Below are positions 57,837 to 64,000 of a DNA stretch of 64,000 nt, piece by piece (position 1 is the first letter of the stretch; every line of letters begins with the position of its first letter). The notes beneath the pieces are model-generated. The model was not told the DNA's origin. It saw only the letters and a program-made list of their open reading frames with translations, and searched no databases. The DNA is from a virus. The DNA is taken from positions 17,796-81,795 of IMG/VR virus record IMGVR_UViG_3300035034_002228. One strand, given 5' to 3'. The position numbers were made by a program, and so were the translations under genes.

Positions 57837-59531
57837 TTACCTCACGTTTGATTTGATGGTTAGAATTTCACCGTAGAGGACCGTTAGGGGACCAACGCGG
57901 ACACGGTCCAATGGGTCGCCCGCTTTGTTGTCGGTGATTTGAACGGCCTTGAACAAGTCTTTGTCCTTCACCACGCCGGTGTGGTACGGGCTTTCCCACT
58001 CACCGCTTTGCCACGGGGTCTCGCCCCATTCAGTGCCCAACCACGGCCATGGCCATTGGCCGCCGTCCTCGGGGTCGCTGAGGGTGGACCCTTCACCCGG
58101 TGCGTCGGGGTTGGAATGGCGTTTGGTGCCCGATCCAACCAATGGTAACTCGTTATACGACTGCTCGGCCAGTGGGACTCCCAGCGACAGTAACGTGTTG
58201 TACAACACGGTTGGGTACCGGCGCAGGTGTTCGAGGTTGGCGTACGGGATGGTCATCCAGTTCCGAACGATGGAGATTTGGATGTGGTAGTACTTGTCCA
58301 GGTCCAACGGACGGTCAGCTTCGATGGTCACGGTCCCCGGTTTCATCGTCAGTTGCACATCGGTCCGGCGCTTCCGGTTCTCGTACAGTTGGAAGTCAAA
58401 AATCCCCGATCCGTCCAAGGCTTTGGCACCTCGGTGGTGGAAATACTCCAGAAAGTAAGGCGTGAAGGTAAAATCCCCCAGATTGGACAAGTCCATCAAG
58501 GTGGTGCGGTCGTTCTTTTTCAACTGCAACAACCCGGTGAAGAACGTCAGTCGTCCTTTGGGTTTGTGGTCCGGGACCCAGTCGTCGATGTCGGGGTACT
58601 GCACGTACGGGATGTTGTCTTTGGCCATCAACTCCATCAATCCATCAAAACTGCCTTTGGTGGTGCTGACTTTCCGATCCAAGCGTCGGAACGTTTGGTA
58701 CGGGAGTTCCGGACGGTACTTCTTCCCGATGGCTTTGTTATGCACCAACATGGGCCAACGACAATACACCTGCATTGGTCGGTTGTACTGTAGGGTGTAG
58801 GTAATGGTGCTTTGGTAGTTGCCTTGTTCTTGGGTTTCTGGATTCGGGGGCGAGGTGGTAAAATCAAACCACCCGAGCACTTCGCGTTGGTGTTCGGTGA
58901 CCACCCGCGTTGGCGACGTATTCGTCAACGTATCCGCCACGGTGGTGGGTACCATAAGGTATTCCAGTAGGTAATCTTCGAATCCCTGACCCGTAGGTAG
59001 CGCAGAAGCCTCTCTGGTCTCGTGTAGATGCTTTAACACGTGAAGGACGGGGGTTGGTAGGGCGTAGTGATATTCAAGGTCCTGGTACAGCTCAGCGCGT
59101 CCCATGGAGATGCGTGAGCGCATCTCGTCCACCCACCGTTGCGCGAGGGTGACGTTCGGAGCGTTGTACTCCAGGGTCATTGTTAAGGTTACGTACCGAT
59201 ACACCGGACGAAACACGATGTCGCGAGGCTCGTCCCAAAAAAGCGGCATATGCTCGGGCTTGGCAATCGGGGTGATGAGCGTGGTGTTTTCGTCCACCTC
59301 TTCGTTAAAACGGATAACCAGCCGGGCCTCGGCGGGGAACCGTACACCGGTATCGGTGCATTCCCCAAAGCTCCCCCCGTTCATGGGCACCGATTCGGTG
59401 TTGCCGGGCAGGTAAACTTGGGTTTCGCCAGGGAGGCGCATAATCCGGGCCAGCTGGGCGGTCACCGCCACGGCCACCCGTCGAGTCACGGACTCGTAAA
59501 CGTCTGGGATACTGATCAATGCGTGGGGCAT
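57837..59531 (-). CDS. Virion structural protein (phiKZ gp98-like)
   Basis: GAGGT RBS before ATG 59531; LEYHY..P, E.Q.EVLGWFDF, PMLVHN; synteny. Confidence 0.7.
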   Translation of the reverse strand: MPHALISIPDVYESVTRRVAVAVTAQLARIMRLPGETQVYLPGNTESVPMNGGSFGECTDTGVRFPAEARLVIRFNEEVDENTTLITPIAKPEHMPLFWDEPRDIVFRPVYRYVTLTMTLEYNAPNVTLAQRWVDEMRSRISMGRAELYQDLEYHYALPTPVLHVLKHLHETREASALPTGQGFEDYLLEYLMVPTTVADTLTNTSPTRVVTEHQREVLGWFDFTTSPPNPETQEQGNYQSTITYTLQYNRPMQVYCRWPMLVHNKAIGKKYRPELPYQTFRRLDRKVSTTKGSFDGLMELMAKDNIPYVQYPDIDDWVPDHKPKGRLTFFTGLLQLKKNDRTTLMDLSNLGDFTFTPYFLEYFHHRGAKALDGSGIFDFQLYENRKRRTDVQLTMKPGTVTIEADRPLDLDKYYHIQISIVRNWMTIPYANLEHLRRYPTVLYNTLLSLGVPLAEQSYNELPLVGSGTKRHSNPDAPGEGSTLSDPEDGGQWPWPWLGTEWGETPWQSGEWESPYHTGVVKDKDLFKAVQITDNKAGDPLDRVRVGPLTVLYGEILTIKSNVR

Positions 59532-59577
59532 GGGCCACCTCATTGGCTGTTAGTTTAGTCATAATATCGGCCAGACG

Positions 59578-59608
59578 CGTCATAAAGGGCACCCGAAGGC
59601 GCCCTTTA
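59578..59608 (-). terminator. Terminator with UUCG loop
   Basis: AAAGGGCGCC-TTCG-GGTGCCCTTTATGACG. Confidence 0.82.
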
Positions 59609-59625
59609 ATCGTACACTCAAAAGA

Positions 59626-60987
59626 TCAGTCTTCGGACTTCTCTTCTTTCTTACCGGCTTTCTTGGCAGCACGTTCGCCGATCTTGATGAGTGATTTAGC
59701 CACGTCGTGCGCGTGACCGAAAGTCTCATTGGCCACACCGATACCTACCTTGCCGTAGCTGGTCGATAGTTTACGGAGTGCTTGGATGTCCTTGTTCTTA
59801 CGGAACACTTTGAAAGACCGATCACCCTCATTCTTGGTGTAGCGTTTTTGCATGAAACTGGCTTTAACGCCAGCTTTCAGCTTCTCACCGAGGTCGTCTC
59901 CGGATTTCTCAATAACAACTGCGTACGCCTTGGCTGTAGTGAGTAGGGTCCGGATATCACTCACCTTCAGTTCAACTTCGTTGGGGAGGTCACCGACCTT
60001 ACCAACACTTTCAAACTTGATCTTGCCCGCTTTAGCTTCAGCAAGGAGGGTCGCGGCGGTATCTTCTCCTTTCTCAACCGACGGAACTGCAAGTTTGACA
60101 CCACCTAGTAGTGCCGAACCGTCCTTAATACCGGCCGGGATTTTCGACTCAGGAGTTGGTTCGGTTGCAAACTTCGAAACACGCTTGGATGCTTCTTCAT
60201 CCTTTTTGGAGCGGATGTCTTTAACAGCCTCCATCATTGCTTTGGTAATTTCCTGCTGACGTGTTACTGACGCAGGTGCGTACTTACCCAAGAGAAACTC
60301 AACGGACTTCTGGTCTTGCTTGACCGCGTTGACCAGGTTGCTCGGGAAGGAACCACCTTGTGACAGTTTCTTGTTAACCCCTTTGACTGAAACAGTGACC
60401 GTCTCAGAAGAACCGGCACCTGACAGCTTCTCCAGAACTGCGTCGGCTTTCTTATTGATCGCTCTGGCAGCATCCCGGCGCTTGTTGGTAGCTTTGTCGC
60501 CCATGAACTTATCGTTCATTGCACCGTTGACCCGTTCGGGGGCGTAACCGACGCGGTACAACGCTTCGGTGGTTGCTTCCAGTGCTACCGTGTAAAACTC
60601 TTCCAGATTACCACTGTTGTAGTTTTCCAGACCAAGTTCGAAATGCTCAAGGCCCAAAATGTCCTTGTAGTTTTCCAGAGAAGCACTAACCACGGCCGCA
60701 AACTGCGGGGAGTACTGGTTGTTCTCCAAACCGTGACTCAAAATGTCATGGAAGTTTTCTAGAGATTCCATGGTCTCTTCGGTTTCGTCGATGAGCGCTT
60801 CACGACGACCACTCTCGTGATATTCAGCACGCTGATCGTGTTCGGCTTCTTCAAGGATTTCTTCCGCCTCGTACTCTTCTTCTTCGGTCACCGGCGCCAC
60901 TTCAGGCACTTCGATCGGGGCTTCGTCTTCACCAACCGGCGCTTCGCTGTGCTCTTCCATGGACAGGTACTGTTTCAGTAGACTCAT
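59626..60987 (-). CDS. Internal head (inner-body/ejection) protein with acidic propeptide
   Basis: GGAG RBS before ATG 60987; SME, SLE, GLE and ALE protease sites; acidic N-terminal third, Lys-rich remainder. Confidence 0.78.
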   Translation of the reverse strand: MSLLKQYLSMEEHSEAPVGEDEAPIEVPEVAPVTEEEEYEAEEILEEAEHDQRAEYHESGRREALIDETEETMESLENFHDILSHGLENNQYSPQFAAVVSASLENYKDILGLEHFELGLENYNSGNLEEFYTVALEATTEALYRVGYAPERVNGAMNDKFMGDKATNKRRDAARAINKKADAVLEKLSGAGSSETVTVSVKGVNKKLSQGGSFPSNLVNAVKQDQKSVEFLLGKYAPASVTRQQEITKAMMEAVKDIRSKKDEEASKRVSKFATEPTPESKIPAGIKDGSALLGGVKLAVPSVEKGEDTAATLLAEAKAGKIKFESVGKVGDLPNEVELKVSDIRTLLTTAKAYAVVIEKSGDDLGEKLKAGVKASFMQKRYTKNEGDRSFKVFRKNKDIQALRKLSTSYGKVGIGVANETFGHAHDVAKSLIKIGERAAKKAGKKEEKSED

Positions 60988-61030
60988 GTGTGTTGCTCCA
61001 AAATCACGTGATTGTTTAAGGATTAGCAAA

Positions 61031-61074
61031 AACCCGGAATTTCTGCTCATAAAGTAGAGCGGTCTTTCCGGGTT
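61031..61074. other. Intergenic long stem-loop
   Basis: AACCCGGAA...CTGCTC-ATAAAGTA-GAGCGG...TTCCGGGTT; TATG on the - strand at the loop. Confidence 0.45.
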
Positions 61075-61080
61075 AGCGTT

Positions 61081-62394
61081 TTATTCTGCCGGTTCGTTGG
61101 TCTTCGCCAGCGCGGTTTCGATCAGTTCAAACACCCCATCGGCGACCTTACCAATGTGTCGGTACGTGCCCGTCATGGCGTACGAGATAAACTCCGGAGC
61201 GAACATCAACAGCGACAGCAGGCGCTCTACGATGTATTCATCAGCACCGCTCCACGGAGCGCTCTGACTTTCCGGGTAATACAGTTTCACGTCGGCCTGG
61301 AGCTTCTTCATCACACCGCGCGTGTCACGACTGGACAGCGACAGCATTTTGGCGTACTGATGAATCACTTTCAAAAGACCGGCCAGTTCGGCCTTGGTGA
61401 CGGTTATCTCACCCTTCTTGGGTGCTTTTACCGCCGTGTTATGCATGAACGGTGGGATGGTGTTGACCTGACTGTCGATGATGTCGGCGGTGTCGGTACC
61501 GCGACGTTCGTGGGGTTCGTAGGACATGCGTTCGTTGTTGATGAACCCACTGCCATCCAACAGTTCTCGGGTCAAGGCCTCGCCAGGGTATGGGCGGTTC
61601 TTGAAGAACTTCTCGACTTCCTCTTTGGCCTGACCAATGTCTCCGTTCGGAGAGATTGACGCTGCGCCCAGTGCCTGTACGGACACTGACCGCATGCCTT
61701 CCAGCCATTTGAGGGTGCTGGGTACGTAACTCTTCAGGATGAATTCCACGGACTTTGCGTCCCGCTCAGCCGCCTTATCCAAATTCTTCACCAGCGAGCC
61801 TTGGGATGTGAACACTCGGAACGACTTCTCCAAATGCACCGTAACCTTACCGCTGGGCAACTCGTTGAGACGCTGTTGCAAGGCGTTGGCTTTGGTGATC
61901 ATGGCCCGTGCCCGTGCTTGGCGACGATCGTCACGATCGGACTCGCGGTAGTCGGACAACGACAGCTCAAACCGGTCGTTCAGACCTTTCTTGAATTTCT
62001 GCCACATCTTCCCGAAGAATTCGTTGGAGACTTGGTAATACTGCTCCAGATCGTTCGGACTGTAATGCTCCAGGGACAGGTTGTCACTGCCAGCCACACC
62101 AGCGGCTTCAAAGCGGCGGGCGTAGGCACTGGCAGCCGCGACCATGTGGCGATGGAACTCGCCGTTTTCTAGACCGTGGGTCAAGATACCGCAGAAGTTT
62201 TCCAGGGCCTCGGTCTCATCCTTGGCCACTTGCTTGTTCTCGTACTCGTCGTGTGTCTGTGCGTACTCCACATCGTCGGCGTGGTGTTCCGCTTCAAGCA
62301 CCGCTTCGGCTTCGCGTTCTTGTTCGTCAGTGACAGGCTCATCCGACACCGTGTCGATACCTTCCAATGCCAGATAATTTACCAGATTTCTCAT
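61081..62394 (-). CDS. Internal head protein, paralogue of 59626-60987
   Basis: ALE, GLE, SLE and SNE sites; shared LENF..IL.HGLEN and LE.Y...LE..Y.V..E. Confidence 0.78.
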   Translation of the reverse strand: MRNLVNYLALEGIDTVSDEPVTDEQEREAEAVLEAEHHADDVEYAQTHDEYENKQVAKDETEALENFCGILTHGLENGEFHRHMVAAASAYARRFEAAGVAGSDNLSLEHYSPNDLEQYYQVSNEFFGKMWQKFKKGLNDRFELSLSDYRESDRDDRRQARARAMITKANALQQRLNELPSGKVTVHLEKSFRVFTSQGSLVKNLDKAAERDAKSVEFILKSYVPSTLKWLEGMRSVSVQALGAASISPNGDIGQAKEEVEKFFKNRPYPGEALTRELLDGSGFINNERMSYEPHERRGTDTADIIDSQVNTIPPFMHNTAVKAPKKGEITVTKAELAGLLKVIHQYAKMLSLSSRDTRGVMKKLQADVKLYYPESQSAPWSGADEYIVERLLSLLMFAPEFISYAMTGTYRHIGKVADGVFELIETALAKTNEPAE

Positions 62395-62408
62395 GAGGAT
62401 ACTGCTCC

Positions 62409-63575
62409 TTATTCAATGTTTCGACGACACACCAATAGGGCCCCGCGCATGGAGCGTAACGCATTGGTTGTGAGGCCGTTATATGGGTTATTGATCCAAC
62501 CGGTGGTTGCCCGTACGGCGTTGGCGATGGCCTGTGCCTCTTCTTTCTCTTGGCGGCGACCGTCTTCCAACTCAGCGGCACGCTCCACGAATCGGGACGT
62601 GGCGTGCATCAAATCGTTGATGGCTCGTTCCCGTTTGGCGGTGGCGTTCCCATCCAAGCTGCTTTGCAACAACTTGGCCAGTTTCAAGACCTGATCCAGA
62701 CACTGATCCGACCCCAACAAGTTGAACTTGGGTAAGGCGATGCGATCCGGCATCTTACGGGGGGTCAGCTCAGAGTGGCGCAAGAAGAGACGACTCTGAA
62801 CCACTTCGTTGAGCGATGGGCGGGGTGGTACACCCACGGCTTTCAATCGAACGTTACCCAGCAAATGCGGGCCGACCATGTCTTTGGGGTTGCGGCCCTC
62901 GAAGTGGTGTTTCAAAACCACACTGGGAGAGAGGCGTTCCAGTTCGCTTTGAATGCGACGGGTGTCGGAGACAAAGCTTTCGGCTAAGGGATCTATACCC
63001 CGAACCAGTGTCGCCAGCCGTGCCAATCCCGGAGTGAGGGTCCGATCGATGTAGTCGTAATACTCCCCCAAAATCCGTTCCAGGTTTTTCAAGCCCGCCA
63101 CAACGTCACCGATCTTCCCCGGTGGACGGTAAAACACCGACAGCGCGGTGATGTGTGATTGCACCATTACCTTACCGTCTTTCTGTTGAGGTTTCAGCAA
63201 TGCCGACCGCGATTCCATTTTCAGGTTTTCGACCTGGAAACGCAGGACCCGACACGACGCCAACGCGAGCTTGTTTTCATTGGTCAGGCCATTGATCACC
63301 GAACGAACGAACCGTTGAATGGCTTCCCAGACGTTCTTTAAGACGTCGTCAAACCCTTCCACACCTATCCGGGGTAGAAGGTAGTCGGTACCGACTGAAG
63401 CCTCAGTGGAATCGGTGTAGTCCTCGGTACCGTCCAACAACCTGAGCACCGAATCGGCGGCTTCGTGGTCGCCGTCCAACAACTCCGCCAGCTGTTCGGG
63501 TTCGGTTTGTGGCTCGTCCCCGTCGGCTTCGGTCGTGTCGATCTCTTCATGGAAGAATTCTTTGAGTCTGCCCAT
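62409..63575 (-). CDS. Internal head protein
   Basis: Acidic propeptide ending IGVE|GF followed by an amphipathic ..VWEAIQRFV helix typical of phiKZ inner-body paralogues. Confidence 0.72.
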   Translation of the reverse strand: MGRLKEFFHEEIDTTEADGDEPQTEPEQLAELLDGDHEAADSVLRLLDGTEDYTDSTEASVGTDYLLPRIGVEGFDDVLKNVWEAIQRFVRSVINGLTNENKLALASCRVLRFQVENLKMESRSALLKPQQKDGKVMVQSHITALSVFYRPPGKIGDVVAGLKNLERILGEYYDYIDRTLTPGLARLATLVRGIDPLAESFVSDTRRIQSELERLSPSVVLKHHFEGRNPKDMVGPHLLGNVRLKAVGVPPRPSLNEVVQSRLFLRHSELTPRKMPDRIALPKFNLLGSDQCLDQVLKLAKLLQSSLDGNATAKRERAINDLMHATSRFVERAAELEDGRRQEKEEAQAIANAVRATTGWINNPYNGLTTNALRSMRGALLVCRRNIE

Positions 63576-63591
63576 GATCGTACTCCAAAAT

Positions 63592-63618
63592 AAAAAGGAG
63601 CCCTTTGGGGCTCCTTTT
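63592..63618 (-). terminator. Intrinsic terminator
   Basis: AAAAGGAGCCC-CAAA-GGGCTCCTTTTTATTTT. Confidence 0.82.
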
Positions 63619-63642
63619 GTGGGGTTGTTAACTGACGAGCAC

Positions 63643-64000
63643 TTACTCGCTTTCGGCTTCGGCTTTGCCGTAAGCGGCGATCTGACGTTCCACTACCGCC
63701 AGCTGAGCATTCAGTGTGCTCACGCCGTACGACAGTGCACCGTTGAGACCGGTGCCCAGCAGTTTCTGAACCGCCACCAGACCACGCAACATGGCGTCGA
63801 CGGTCTTGCGCTGTTCGTCGTTCAGTTCGGCCTTGTCGGCTTTCTCCTTCAGCGTGTCGCCCGCTTTGACCAGTTCGTCGATGGCTTTCTTGATCTTCTC
63901 ATCGTCTTTCTGGACCTTGCTGACCATGGCTGCAGCGGAGGCAATCTTCGACGCACTTTGAACCAGATCCAGCGGTTTGGCCACTTTCAGCTCGTAAGTT
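63643..64000 (-). CDS. C-terminal part of a probable abundant internal head protein (start outside the window)
   Basis: The frame is open to the window edge; Ala/Lys-rich helical sequence; followed by a strong terminator. Confidence 0.65.
   Translation of the reverse strand, partial: TYELKVAKPLDLVQSASKIASAAAMVSKVQKDDEKIKKAIDELVKAGDTLKEKADKAELNDEQRKTVDAMLRGLVAVQKLLGTGLNGALSYGVSTLNAQLAVVERQIAAYGKAEAESE

Noticed and set aside
1-64000. Halophilic host inferred from acidic proteins; tRNA genes
   Set aside because: Acidity is concentrated in propeptides, fibres and tails, which is expected in these phages, so the host cannot be inferred. No cloverleaf with a T-loop was found in the intergenic gaps by eye.

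Overview
This window comes from a phiKZ-like jumbo phage (Chimalliviridae-type), and its gene order parallels the phiKZ gp93-gp144 region in reverse. From left to right: (i) a cassette of two radical SAM/SPASM-type enzymes, an accessory protein and a 2OG-Fe(II) oxygenase interrupted by one in-frame TGA; (ii) a virion protein, RuvC and a lysis module (overlapping spanin pair, PG-binding muramidase endolysin); (iii) a fibre locus with three collagen-like proteins, the largest (1528 aa) ending in four T4-foldon-like repeats; (iv) about 14 paralogous 'YxRxDL...FHY' virion proteins; (v) macrodomain, portal, baseplate-type protein, nvRNAP beta subunit, major capsid protein and DnaB; (vi) an early-promoter-driven accessory island with unannotated small membrane proteins; (vii) virion and inner-body proteins with prohead-protease sites. 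Non-coding signals include phiKZ-type early promoters, a recurrent hairpin+TATG(C/T/A)CG terminator signature and three ORF-free multi-hairpin segments (candidate small RNAs). All family assignments come from motif recognition and synteny by eye; no database search was run. I saw no tRNA, CRISPR array, intein or mobile element.
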